From assembly GCA_964016885.1 (NCBI GenBank), contig OZ024745.1:92318001-92382000 (forward strand): a stretch of 64,000 nt of DNA. The letters are read 5' to 3'. Source of the stretch: Eledone cirrhosa. Taxonomy: Eukaryota. Made by a program: the position numbers and the translations under genes. Under the pieces are notes generated by a model that saw only the letters and a program-made list of their open reading frames with translations, searched no databases and had not been told where the DNA came from. Below, piece by piece: positions 24,281-37,019 of the stretch. Positions within the stretch are counted from its first letter, which is position 1. Each line of letters begins with the position of its first letter.

Positions 24281-24637
24281 CTATAGGTCAACAAGGGATA
24301 CTCTTCATGGTCTTGCTGACCTTGGATTAAACTTACTCAGCTATTGGTGAAAAACTAAGGAGAAGTCTGAATTTATGTTTTGGTCAATATATATATATTG
24401 GTCAATATATATATTGGTCAATATATGTTTTGGTCAGTTTATGTTGTGGTCAGTTTATGATGTTTACACTTTGTCTCCAAACATCATATACTGAATCTAC
24501 CATAACGGTGAGTCAGATTATACATTGTCTAGTCTAGACATTGACCTGCTTCAAAATACCAACAGACTTATTAAAACCTTCAGTTTTATTTCATTTCATA
24601 TTTATATTTATATTTACATGAGTATTTTACTTAATAA

Positions 24638-24820
24638 TCATAGTTGTGTCTACCTTTGGCACAAGGCCCACAATTACCGGTACTTTATTTTGTCGATCCC
24701 GTAAGGATGAAAGGCAAAGTTAACCTCAGCGAGATTTGTACTGAGACCGTAAAGAGCCGTAACTCTATGCTACAAAGCATGGTGTCTGACGCTCTACCAA
24801 TACTGCCAATCCACCGCCTT
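24638..24820 (-). mobile_element. SINE family A with 18-bp TSD
   Basis: AGTATTTTA(C/T)TTAATAAT at 24621 and 24821. Confidence 0.8.
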
Positions 24821-24917
24821 AGTATTTTATTTAATAATTGTTTCTACTTTAGGCACAATAGTAAAATAGTAATAATACTTAATAGCCTAAGACCAAGATT
24901 GGAAATTCAATATACGG

Positions 24918-25105
24918 TTAACCCTTTAGCATTTACATTACTCTATATTTACTATTGTATTTTTGTGATAAAGGCATTTTGGATGTTATTTATTTTGAGA
25001 ACAATACCTTAACATCAGTATGAGCGGCCAGTTATGGTCGATTTGAGCAGAGAGAGGTGAGAGAATTCTGGCCAGATACGACTGGTTTAAATGTTAAAGG
25101 GTTAA
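24918..25105. mobile_element. piggyBac-type MITE
   Basis: TTAA|CCCTTTAGCATTT ... AAATGTTAAAGGG|TTAA. Confidence 0.85.
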
Positions 25106-25414
25106 AAGTCTACCAAATATAAACAAAATTTTTGAGTACATAGAAACTACAAAAAGATTCAACAACAGAAATTTCTGTTTTACAGCTTCCATTGTTTCCC
25201 ATTTTTCTTTTCTTTTTCTTATGACATAATCTGCCTCCTATTGGCCTTCAATATTTAAAATTTTTTTTTTATTTATTTCTTATTTTCTGGGTTATTTTCC
25301 CCCTTTTTTAAATTTTTTTTTAATTACTTATCTCACTAGTTCTTTTTAATTACCAACTGTAAGTACTCGACACTTCCCCTAGTCTGTCATGGCTTACTAG
25401 CTCTATACGGACGT

Positions 25415-25656
25415 TTAACCCTTTAGCATTGACATTACTCTATATTTACTATTATATTTTCATGATAAAGGCTTTACCTCACATAATTACCTCACATGAT
25501 TATCCCTCATAATATTGAATCCATGAGAATTTGCTATTATTTATTTTGAGAACACCACCTTAACATCAGTTTGAGTGGCCAGATATGTCCAGTTTGAACA
25601 GAAACAGGGGAGAGAATTATGTCCGGATATGACTGGTTTAAAAGCTAAAGGATTAA
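25415..25656. mobile_element. piggyBac-type MITE
   Basis: TTAA|CCCTTTAGCATT ... GCTAAAGGA|TTAA. Confidence 0.8.
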
Positions 25657-25921
25657 ATTGATTAAATAAATAAATAAGAGGCAGGAAGTATGAGACTTAA
25701 GTAACCAATTATGACAGTCCATAATTCCAGCAAGATACTGGTACAATGGTAGAGTAGGAGTTAGAAAAATTATGTTATGAAATTGTTGAAGATAAATAAA
25801 GTCTGGTGTTAATTAATAAAGTCATATATATATATAATATATATATATATGACTTGTGTGTGTATATATATATATATATGTGTGTGTGTATATATATATA
25901 TGTGTGTGTGTATATATATAG

Positions 25922-25964
<43 letters not shown>

Positions 25965-26494
25965 CACACATATATATATATATAGGAATATATTGCTTGA
26001 ACATATTGCTTGGGTAATCATAATATTATATGAGATTGGATATATCTGTTGGTATGTGTGTGTGAGTGTATGTGTGTATGTACGTGTATCTGTATGTGTG
26101 TAAGTATGTGTAATTGTGTGTATGCCTGTGTATGTGTGTATGTATATGTGCGTGTATGTGTATATATGTGTATGTATGTGTGTGTATGTGTGTTGTGTTG
26201 GGTAGCTGAAATTGTGGAAAAGTGTGGGGGTAGTTAACTGAAGGATGTCAGTGGTTGAAAATAGAGAAGATGATAAAAAGAACAAAGAGAGAGAGAGAGG
26301 AAAGGAGGGAGAAAGGGAGTGAGGGTGAATGAGAGAGAGGGGGATATATATATAGAGAGAGAGAGAGGTAGGGAAGAAATACAACATGTGTACATTGATG
26401 TAGTTTATAAATTTGCCCGACAAAAATCTAAATAGTTATTTCCTTGATTTAATTAGAGTTTTAGAAATATTAATTATCTTACAAAGCCTACAGA

Positions 26495-26872
26495 GTTGAC
26501 CGAAATACAGAGGTCCCAGGCTAGGCACTTTTCCTGTAGCTGTATTTTGACTTGACTGAAATACAGAGGTACCAAGCTAGATGCTGTAGTTGTATTTTGA
26601 TTTGACAGAAATGCAGAGGTACCAAGCAAGATGACAGAAATACAGGGGTACCAAGTTAGATGCTTTTCCTTGACTGGACAGAAATACTGAAGTACCAAGC
26701 TAGATGCTTTTCCTGTAGTTGCATTTTGACTTGACTGAAATACAGAGGTACCAAGCTAGATGACAGAAATACAGGGGTACCAAGCTAGATGCTTTTCTTC
26801 TATTTGTATTTAGACTTGACAGACATACAGAGGTGCCAGGCTAGATGCTTTTCCTGTAGTTGTATTTTGACT
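26495..26872. repeat. Degenerate ~55-bp minisatellite with shorter subunits
   Basis: Recurrent GAAATACAGAGGTACCAAGCTAGATGCTTTTCCTGTAG. Confidence 0.85.
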
Positions 26873-26982
26873 GGGTATTTTAGAGTTTATATATAGAGTA
26901 TATATATAGGGTATATATGATGTATTGTATTTATAGGCGGTGAATTGGCAGTCATTAAGACGTTGGTTAGAATGCTTTGCGG

Positions 26983-28335
26983 CAGGGGTTCTCAACCTGG
27001 TCCATGTGGACCACTAGTGGTCCACAGAAAATTTTCTGTGGATGCACACGTCACACAAATGAAACATGCCTCATCACACCTGTGAGTACACTTGAGAGCA
27101 CGCCTTTCCTATTGGACGATTAGCTATCCAATCATACACGGATGCGTACCAAACAAGTACAGACGCGTACAGACGTTAGCACGCATAAAAACACACAACA
27201 AATCGCGTGTTCTCAGCCGGTCGACACGATCGTGTTTTCTACCTGACTTTTGAATTGAGGATTACTAGCGAAACCAGTTCTTACGGCTTACCCAACATAA
27301 CATATTATCTCTCCAGGTACGTACATTTTTACGCAAGTGTTAGTCTAATTGTAGTCTGTAGAAATTTTGTTGTCAGTGATATGGAAAAACGTTCTCTAAA
27401 TTCTTTGTTCACCGAATCGGAAAAACGATTTTGTAGACGATATAACTCAGATTATATCAGATATGGTTTTTTATCCAGCGCAGAAGATCCTTCATCACCA
27501 CAGTGTATCATCTGCTCAAAAATATTAACTAACGACTCAATGAAATCTTTGAAATTATTGTATCATCAAAAACAAGTCCATCCCAATTTATATGGCAAGC
27601 CTAAGAAGTACTTCGAAGAATATCTTCACAAAAAACAAATGTTGTCTGCATCACTGAAAATTTTCCTATCCCATGCTAACAACAGTTCTGGTCTGCAAGC
27701 GTCCTACAACATTTTGCTCATGATAGCAAAACAGGGCTGCCCACATAACATTGGGAGTATTTTCCAGGACTCAGTAACCTTTTTCTACTCGATTCTATCA
27801 AATAAAGCTTTATTGAAAAAATAGACATTTTCAAATTGGTTATCTTATTGGTGTTCTCATTTATTTGTTCTCTGTCGTCTTGGTGCTTAAAACATGTCCC
27901 TTAGGGGAACAAAAAAGGAACTTTTGTGAAAATGGTATTGACCAATCAAATCGATCTTACCAATTAGAAGTAGAAACTTATTCTCAACATCAATACTTCA
28001 TATTTGTCGCTGAGATATGAAATTAAAAAAATTCAAATTAATAACGAATAAGTTATGCGTTGCTTGGTGCAATAGCAAATTCTTTTTTGATCCATGCATT
28101 TGACTTAAAGCGCTGTTCTTATTCTTCGCATAAGTACGACTTCAGCTGTTTATTTGCGTAGATTTTTAAGCACTGCGACATGATAATAGCATTTCCTAAT
28201 TCATTGAAAAAAAAACATCTACTGATGCTTATAAGTAGCAGTTCTATTACAAAAGATTTAAAAGTTTAGGTGGTCCACAGGAAAAAATTACTTATTTTGG
28301 TGGTCCTCAGCGAAAAAAAAGGTTGAGAACCCCTG
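26983..28335 (+). mobile_element. Internally deleted hAT (Buster/Charlie) DNA transposon nested in SINE A
   Basis: TIRs CAGGGGTTCTCAACCT / AGGTTGAGAACCCCTG. 8-bp TSD CTTTGCGG / CTTTACGG. SINE halves at 26935-26982 and 28336-28470. Confidence 0.92.
27380..27824 (+). pseudogene. N-terminal fragment of a Buster/Charlie hAT transposase (BED-like zinc finger)
   Basis: RRYNSDYIRYGF...PQCIICSKILTNDSMK..KL..H....HP...ASY..IAK..PHNIG. The DDE domain is absent. Confidence 0.85.
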
Positions 28336-29423
28336 CTTTACGGTATTCATCCCACCTCATTGCGCACTCTGAGTTCGAATCCTGCCGTGGTCGACTTTGC
28401 CTTTCATCCTTTCGAGGTCGATAAAAAAGTACCAAAGTACCAGTCCAGTACTGGGGTCAATTCTTCCTCTATAGAAAAAATTGGTTCAGACCTGGAGAGG
28501 GTTGGGCTCTGCCAGGTTTCAATGTACCCTAGACATGCCGTATGATGGTGCTTCTACAACACCACAAGGAGTTATGGGATGTTTATCCTTTATATATATA
28601 TATATTAGTTGTGGTGTCACTGTGCCAAGCTGTATCAGCCTTTGCCTCCCTTGGACAATATCATATATAATGGGTATATATAATGTATAGTATATATTAG
28701 TTGTGATGCCACTGGTGCGAAGCTGTATCGGCCATTCCCTTTCCCTTGGAAAACATCATATACAGTGTATATATAGTATTATAGTGTATATATAGTATAT
28801 ATAGTGTATATATAGTGTATATGTAGTATATATAGTGTATATATGTTACAACATCATTGGTATCAAGCTGCATCGGCTATTTGCCTTTACCTTGGACAAC
28901 GTCGGTGGTGTGGAGAGGGATGTGCCTGCTGGTCTTCCACAAACAAACCTTACCCAGACTTGTACCTTGAAGGGGAATGTTCTTGGTGCCAAATCTATGG
29001 TCATTCTTGACCAAAGGGGTTCTTTACCCTTTATGTACTTTGTGTATTTTGTTTGTCAATCACTTATGTTTTTATGACATGTCATAGTTTTTATTTTATT
29101 TTGATGTCAGTTATACAATCAAACTAATTTATAGTGTTAAGAAAAATATTAGAAAGAACTAGAAATAAGTGTTGCTTTATTGTTGACAGGGATGTGTAAG
29201 TGGCCCCCTAGTGTGTGTGTGTGTGTGTGTGTATGTGTGTGTGATGAGTGCACACATTAAAAAAACATTTTATGTAAAAATTGTAATAGTTTCGATTGTG
29301 GAATGTCCTCATCTAGTCTTCCTTCTTATCAGCCAAAGGTCAAGTTGTCAAAAGAAGTTTTAACTTCAGGGCACATTCACTTTCATATATATATATATCA
29401 TCCTCACCACCGTTATATATATA

Positions 29424-30073
29424 TCATCATCATCACTGTTTTACGTCCGTTCTTCCACGCTAGCATGGGTTAGACGGGTTGTCCTGTTGTCGGCAGTGTC
29501 TGGTCGGCTAACCATGCCTTGCTCATACAGGAACTGATTTGGCTTGATTTCTACAGCTGGATGCCCTTCCTAACACCAACCTCATTTACAGTGAGTGCTG
29601 GGTGCTTTTTCGTGGCGCCTACACGTCCACTTTACAGTGTGGGCTGGGTGCTTTTTTGCCGTGGCACCTCCACGACCACCTTGCAGTGGGGGGTGTGGGG
29701 GCATATTGTCTATATGCTTCAGCTTGTACCCATGGGAGGTCGGGTACTCTGTATTACTGTGTGACGCCAGAGGTCACGGTCGTGTGTCATCGCCTTTGAG
29801 AGGTGTAATTGGGTAAGGTCGGCTTTTATCACCTCATCCCAGGTCATCTTGGGGTCTCCCCACTCCGCGGTTTCCATCGACTTTCTAGTGCTCTGCACCT
29901 TTTTTATGCAGCTGTCATCCTTCATATGCATCACATGTCCATACCAACGCAACCGCCTCTCCTGCACACAGCATTTGATTCCTCTTATGCTCAGTCTCTC
30001 TCTCAATTCATTTATGCTTTGTCGTTCGCGTATATTACTGTTACACATCCATCGGAGCATGCAGGCTTCGTTT
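29424..30073 (-). mobile_element. RTE-clade LINE 3' end
   Basis: MLRWMC...RRLRWYGHVMHM...PKMTWDEVIKADL...DRDLWR, followed by 3'UTR and a (GAT)n tail. Confidence 0.88.
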
Positions 30074-30273
30074 NNNNNNNNNNNNNNNNNNNNNNNNNNN
30101 NNNNNNNNNNNNNNNNNNNNNNNNNNNNNNNNNNNNNNNNNNNNNNNNNNNNNNNNNNNNNNNNNNNNNNNNNNNNNNNNNNNNNNNNNNNNNNNNNNNN
30201 NNNNNNNNNNNNNNNNNNNNNNNNNNNNNNNNNNNNNNNNNNNNNNNNNNNNNNNNNNNNNNNNNNNNNNNNN
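30074..30273. other. Assembly gap (200 N)
   Basis: N run. Confidence 1.
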
Positions 30274-30545
30274 ATATCAGCTCCAATAATGTAGGCATGT
30301 GGTTAGAATGTCTCAGGAAAGAATCGCTGGACAGATTTTACGGGCAAAACCAGCTGCCAGGAATCCCAGGGATAGACCCTGAGCAAGATGGTTGGATAAC
30401 ATCCATAGCTTGGCTTGAGTCACTTGAGGATCCAGCTGGATCAGTTGGAGACAGTTGCTTCTGACAGGACCAGCTGGAAGGAGTGTTTGAGGACTGTGCC
30501 ACCACAGCCCTGCCAGGAATAAGTGGGAGGAGAAGAAGAAGAAGA
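30274..30545 (+). mobile_element. RTE-clade LINE 3' fragment (different family)
   Basis: My translation: HVVRMSQERIAGQILRAKP..RDRP*ARWLDNI...ASDRTSWK, then a (GAA)n tail. Confidence 0.75.
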
Positions 30546-31316
30546 TAAAGAAACAGGAAGTCAGAAAAGAAATTCATGAAAATTGTCTAGTTTGTTGCTT
30601 TTTGAATTTCTGTCAGCTCGTATAGACCTTGTAAGATAATTAATACTTGTACAAATGTTTTTAAAACAAGGAAATATGAAAGGAAGGATAATGGTGTTTA
30701 GATTTTGTCAGGCAAATTTACAGACTATAATTAGGAAAATATATATTTATACATTATTTATGTGTGTGTGTGTGCGTGTGTGTACACGTATGTGTGTACA
30801 TGTGTATGTATGTATGCGTGTGTGTATCCATACATGTGTGTGTGTGTATCCATACATGTATGTGTGTACATGTGTATGTGAATTTATGTGTACATGTGTG
30901 TGTATGTGTATCCATACATGCATGTGTGAGTGTGCATGTGTGTGTGTGTGTACATATATGTGTGTGTACCCATACATGTCTGTGTGTGTGTGTATGTGAG
31001 TGTACGTGTGCATGTTTGTACATGTGTGAGTGTGTGTATGTGTATTTATCTATCTATATATTAGATGGTGGACATAAGATGCCTCAGTGAACAAAGATCC
31101 AATATTTCTTTCCTTTTCTTGCATTATGCCCCCCCCCCCCCCCCACACACACCCCACCTCACCCCCACAATTTAAAGTTGTGTTGTTTCTTTCTCTCTTT
31201 ATTCAGCGGCAGCATCTGTTAATCTCTCTCTCTCTTTATCTATCTATCTATCTATCTAGCTATCTCTCTTCACTTCTCTCAACTATTTCTCTCTCTCTCT
31301 TTATATATATATATAC

Positions 31317-31572
31317 ATCATCATCATCGTTTAACGTCCATCTTCCACGCTTGCATGGGTTTGGACGGGAGTTTTCCCACTTGAGGCAAGATTGGTTGTC
31401 TTGCTCGCATAGGACTGTCTGGCGGGTTTTCTACGGCTGGATGCCCTTCCTAACACCAACCATGTTTACAGTGTGGGCTGGGAGGTTTTTACTGTGCTAC
31501 GGCCACATTACGGCGTGCACTGTGTGTTTTTTTGTCGTGACACCTACACGACCTTATTTGTTTTGGACTGGA
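31317..31572 (-). mobile_element. RTE-type 3'UTR / non-autonomous derivative (also 49255-49520 -, 57678-58100 +, 40600-40825 +, degenerate at 13055, 22090, 22455)
   Basis: CATCATCGTTTAACGTCCATCTTCCACGC..GCATGGG...GGCTGGATGCCCTTCCTAACACCAAC is shared with the 29424 LINE tail. Confidence 0.75.
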
Positions 31573-31635
31573 TATATATATATAGCTAGCTAACAGTCAC
31601 AAATAATAATAAAGTTAGCTCTAACTCCGCATGTA

Positions 31636-33340
31636 TTGGCGTCACCATGGAAACCAATATGGACAACAAAAATCAAAAAAAAAATCGAACCACACATGGT
31701 ACAACAGACACCAAAAACAACAGAAAATAAGACCATTGTCACAACTATAAACGGAAAAACCGACAACCACAACAACAATAATAACAACACCAAAAAAACT
31801 TTTGTGCAAACAGTCATCAAGACACAAGAGTTCAAGGATCTCGATATCTCCAATGCGAAACAGATGCTCTCTGAAGCAAAGGAGTTTATCACTTTCGGTG
31901 AAAACGGTGGATTTCAGATAAACTCACCCCCAGAAATTCGTCTGGAAACATTTCGAAGAACAATTACCTTCAGAACTGTTTCAAATGAAACAAAACGACC
32001 AGCATTCCTCAGTCAAGGGGAAATTGAGGCAACCTTGAAGGAGATATTGCCAGACATTGACTTTATGCAGAGGGCCAAACAGTACGGGAGTATTTCGGTA
32101 CTCCTCAAAAGCGAGGCCCTTACACAAAGATATTCAGTGACGCCAATACTGTCACAAAAATACACCTTTTTCCCTACATAGCGGGGAAACAGGACACAAA
32201 AGATCAGAATTACAAACATACCACCAAATATTAATATTTGGTGGATATTGGCAGGATTTTTGGAGGAGAGAAAAGACAGCATTCTCTCCATCAAAAACTC
32301 ACGTGGTCTGGTACAAATTTGGAGATTCTGGTGTAAATGAGCTCGGAAAGAATCTCCAGAATACCAGAAAAAGTGCCAGTGGACAACAACAGCCACATAA
32401 GCATTTCGGTTGAGGGACGAAAACCACATTGCTTTCATTGCAATAGCACCACACACCTAAAGGCCCCCTGCCCTTTACAAACACGCTCAAGCAAAACAAT
32501 ACAAAAGAAAACACTGTTACCAACACCAAAACAACTACCACCACCACAACAAAAACACACAAAACAAGCAAACACACCAAAACAAACAGCCACTCAACCA
32601 ACAACAACAGAAAAAACACAGGCAACACCCCTGAAGAACACAAACCCACCCCATCCCACTCCATCAAACACTACCACAAACACACACACCGAAACACCAC
32701 ACAACATACCCCTACTCCACACTCCTGACGATGATTATTCTTTAACAGATGAGGCTGCTGCTCCTTCTTTAAGTGAAGAAGGAGAGCCTCGGAAATCCAA
32801 AAAACAAAAAAAGAGACACCACAAAACCCCAATCACCAACACCAACACACAATCACAGACACAAACAACAACACAAACAACACCACAGTCAAACATCCCC
32901 CTACCAGCAAAACCAACACCAACACCACCCCAAACACAAGCACCCACCATAAAAAGAAAACTCCCAACAAACAATAACAACACAAACAACAATATGCATA
33001 CATCAACACAAACAACAAGAGTTTGATGGAGGTCATCTCCCAAAACCCCAAAGTGGAGATGGAGGGCAAAACTTTCGTCAAAGCAGAATCGTCTCCACAC
33101 CTTAAACTTATAAGGGTTTCTATGGAGACATATAGTGACCTGAAAAATAAATTTTCGCAGGACGTGGGCAACCCGTGCCAAAAACCCATCAACTGCGTCC
33201 TGTTAAAATGTTTCCCTACCCCACCCAAATGGAGATTGAACAACCCGATCTCCAGGAAACGAAAAGGTAAGTCCACCTTTTCGTCCTTTTTCTCCAACTC
33301 TTCTCCACCAACATGGCTAATTTACGAGTTGGAACCGTGA
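31636..33340 (+). pseudogene. ORF1 gag-like protein (RRM-like region, CCHC knuckle, T/P/Q-rich tail), broken
   Basis: CFHCNSTTHLKAPC is CX2CX4HX4C. ORF pieces at 31636, 32337 and 33023. Confidence 0.8.
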
Positions 33341-36300
33341 ATGTGCGTGGCCTAGGGATGCCCTGGAAACAGGGCCAACTTTTAAATGATTTCAGGTCAC
33401 ACGGTATATATGTAATAGCCATCACTGAGTCCAGGATCCACAACAGGCAGCAACTAATACCCATCTCAATGACTTTGAGATCTACGCATCTCTCTGTCAG
33501 CCAGGAGGTGGAGTGGCTGTCATGTTTCGGAAAAACCTGGACGTCGAAGTACAGTAAGTACACTTGGACCCAGAGGGTAGACTGGTAGTCCTAGATGTGA
33601 ACAGTATTGGAGGTGGAGTCTTCAAACAGGTGGCCATTTCTGCCCCGACCAGACTTCTTTAAGCATCTAGAGTCTTTTCTGGGAACGTCTCGCTCCTTAC
33701 TTTTAGTGGGGGACTGGAATGATATCCTAGATGCACGATGGGACTATGTGGGAGCATGTCCCAGTAGAGTGGGGTGCAGCAGCCTAAAAAATCTAATCGG
33801 CCAATTCCAACTGGCCGATAGATATCGACTAGATTTCCCGACTGCACCACAGTGGACATGGGCAAACCGCAGCGGGACATCTAGATCGTATTTAGATAGG
33901 TTTTTCATTAGAGAGAAGGACAAGATGATGTTAAGCTGTCCACAAATGCACATGGTTGCCTATTCAGACCACAAACTAGTCATCTGCATAGTCAACCGTG
34001 ATAGAATACATAGACAAGGACCCAGATACTGGAAGCTGAACGTGTCGCTACCGACACGTAAAGCCTACAGTGAACAGATAAGTAGATTAGTTAAGCAACA
34101 ATTGACGGAAGCCATCGTCAACAATAGATGGTGGTACTCCCTCAAGAAAGCAATTAGAGTAGAGTCGATAGACTTTAGCAGAGAGTTAGCCTTAGAGAGA
34201 AACAAAACAGAAACAGAACTAGTAGCCAAGGTAGAGGAGGCACTTAGGTGTGACAACGTAGCTAGAGTGCTAGCAACGAGAATGGCACTGGACCAGTTCT
34301 TCGACGTGAAACACGAAGGCTGCATGGTCAGAAGTAAATCACGTGCTCTAAGAAATGAGGGAGCGAAAGCTGTTAGCTGGGCCCGAGTGGCAGAGGCGAA
34401 AAGTGGCAACAAGTCCACGATTCGGTCTTTGAAAGACCAAAACGAATGCATGCTACTTGACCCCAAGTGGATGTGCGCAGCCTTTCAGCGGCACTTTGCG
34501 CAACTGTTCAGGCAGAGTGGCAGTGCGTCGAACGGGACAATGGACTTCGGTTCATACCTTGACGGCCTGCTGCGTCACTCGAGCATGGACACCGAGTTCT
34601 GCGAAAGACCGATCACAGCCACTGAGATACGGGACGCTCTAGGCCGCTGCGGGAAATGCAAATCACCCGGTCTAGATGGTCTACCCTATGAGTTTTACAT
34701 AGGCATGCCGGACTTATTCTCTGGCGTCCTTGAGGCCGTCTACTGCAACTGGCAGCAGAACGGGAGAATTCCTAGTTCTGCAGGCAGGGGTGTAGTAACG
34801 CTGATCAGGAAAGATGAGAACAAGGGGGACGAACTAAGCAACTTTAGGCCCATAACTCTGCTCAACACAGAGTTAAAGATTTTGGCCAAGGTGTTGGCAA
34901 CGAGGTTGGTACTTGTCGTCGAGAACCTGGTAGGGAAAGCGCAAACGTGTGCAATCCCGACCAGGTCCATACACGACAACCTCCACTTCATGCGATACAT
35001 CATAGAGAGGGTGGGTAGTAAACCCGGCTTCGGTGGGGCTCTGATCAATTTAGATCAGTCTAAGGCTTTCGATAGGGTCGATCATCGATACTTGGAAGCG
35101 GTTTTCAAGGCGGCCGGTTTCGGACCCGTCTTCAGAGGCTGGATCGCCGCAATGCACACCAACATCTGCTCGATGGTCAAGGTGAACGGCTACCTATTGG
35201 AGCCGTTCGCAATCACGCGTTCCATCCAACAGGGATGCCCTCTCTCCTTCATTCTGCACGTACTGACTCTAGAGCCACTACTGCGGAAGTTGGAACTGCT
35301 GCAGGGCATTCAGCTGGAACCGGGACTGCAGAAAGTGGCGTCGGCTTATGCCGACGACATTACAGTAATGGTGTCGGAAGCCTCCGAAATCGGGGTGATT
35401 GGCAACTTACTACAGGAATATGAAAGGCTCACAGGAGCAAAACTGAACCCGGACAAGTCTGTCGGTTTGCAACTCAGAACGTGGAGAGGTAAACCGATGC
35501 CGTCCGACAGCGTCGTCGGACGCTGGAAGGATGGACTGGTGAAATTGCTCAGGGTTTGGTTCGGTCCAGACTTCCAGATGGAGAAAAACTGGAACGAGGT
35601 CACGGCCAAGGTGTTTGTGTTCACCCAGAAATGGGTAGAGTGCAAATTATCCTTGAAAGGTCGAGCGGAGGTGGCGAACACTTTCATAGCCTGTCATCTA
35701 CTACCACTTTACCGTCGTGCCTTGTACCCGTGAACACCTCACCAAGATGGAACGAATGCTCTTCCAGTTCCTTTGGAAGAAGGAGGCTCCACTGGTGAGG
35801 AGATCTGTCTGCTGTCAGCACCCTTCCAACGGAGGGCTGGGAATGCCGTGGCTGATGATGCGCTGAGGCTACGGCATCTACAGGTATTCCTCACCGACCC
35901 CCAACCGGGGTGGGCACCGTTTGTTAGACAGGCCTTCCCGCAACTTGTCTCGCTGACGGAGCTGCAGTCCTGGGTCAAGCGAAGACCGAAGAAGATGGGT
36001 GCCTGGCACATCGAATGCGCTCAGGCGCTCACAGTCCTCTCTCAAGAGGGCACGGCAATCAGTGGAGACTCCACTTCGACATTCTATAGAGGGTTAGTAC
36101 GTCACAAGGGCGACGACGTGCTCGGAGAGACTCTAGGCATTGAAGACGACGAACTCACCAGTCTGTTTGGTAGGACTTTCCGCCCGGGACCCATGGACAA
36201 CTTCCAGAGGTCCCTGGCCTGGTAGTGCTACCCGAGAAGCTCTATCAGTTCGTGACAAGATCTACAGGCACGGACGCCCCGGCAGGGATCCTTCCAAGAG

Positions 36301-36721
36301 CACGTGTCCAAGAGGCGGGCAGGACATTGAAACTGTCCTGCACGCAATTGTACACTGCCCGGGCGTAACCGACCTGTGGCACTACGCGGAACAACTGCTG
36401 TCGCGTATGGGACAAATCCAGTTGATTGCCGAGTCCATAGTAAGGATCAAACCACAAACTTCTTTCAAAAACAAAAGAGAGGGGGTTTTCCTCTGTATAG
36501 TGACTACAGTGAAAGAGGTTATATGGTGGACGAGATTAAGAGAATTGAGGACAGATGCCTTTCTCTCCGGACAACAACTCATTCCCTTCTTTAAATACCA
36601 CTTTAGAAGGAGAGTCGGAATGGAGAGAGAAGCACTGCACCCCAGTAAATTTACTGAAAGGGGGGTGAATGTGGCGAAAATGGCCCGAGTGATTGGGCCT
36701 TCTCTGTATATAAACCTGTAG
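33313..36721 (+). pseudogene. ORF2: APE endonuclease plus reverse transcriptase, frameshifted
   Basis: MANLRVGTVNVRGL, GDWN, SYLDRF, SDH, KSPGLDG, NFRPITLLN, LDQSKAFDRV, QGCPLS, YADD, and C-terminal TCP..ETVLHAIVHC. Confidence 0.95.
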
Positions 36722-36987
36722 GTTGAAGAAGAGAGCAAAGGGAAGAAAAGAGCACTTGCATAACAAGCTCCTGAAGTTGAGGGTTGTTCTATCGACGGGG
36801 TATTAAACAACCCATTTGTGGTGCCTCCCCCCTATTGGGGATTTCGATTGTTATAATTGTTTGTTTTATATTTTTTTACATGATTGTATGTAAAATCCCC
36901 GGCATGTCTTTGTTTTGTCCCCTTTTCTTGTGCGCCCTTGTGGCTAATAATGAAATATATCTCTCTCTCTTCCCTTCTCTCACTATT

Positions 36988-37019
<32 letters not shown>

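Larger units (their letters stand above)
31592..36955 (+). mobile_element. Near full-length Tx1/L1-type non-LTR retrotransposon (decayed)
   Basis: ORF1 followed by an overlapping ORF2 (APE-RT-Cys finger) and a T-rich 3'UTR. Several stops and frameshifts. Confidence 0.93.

Noticed and set aside
27207-27824. Domesticated ZBED/SCAND-like host gene
   Set aside because: Enclosed by intact TIRs and a TSD and truncated before the catalytic domain, so it is a transposon deletion derivative.
29809-30298. ORFs spanning the N gap
   Set aside because: Artefacts of the X run; the two flanks are different RTE fragments in opposite orientation.
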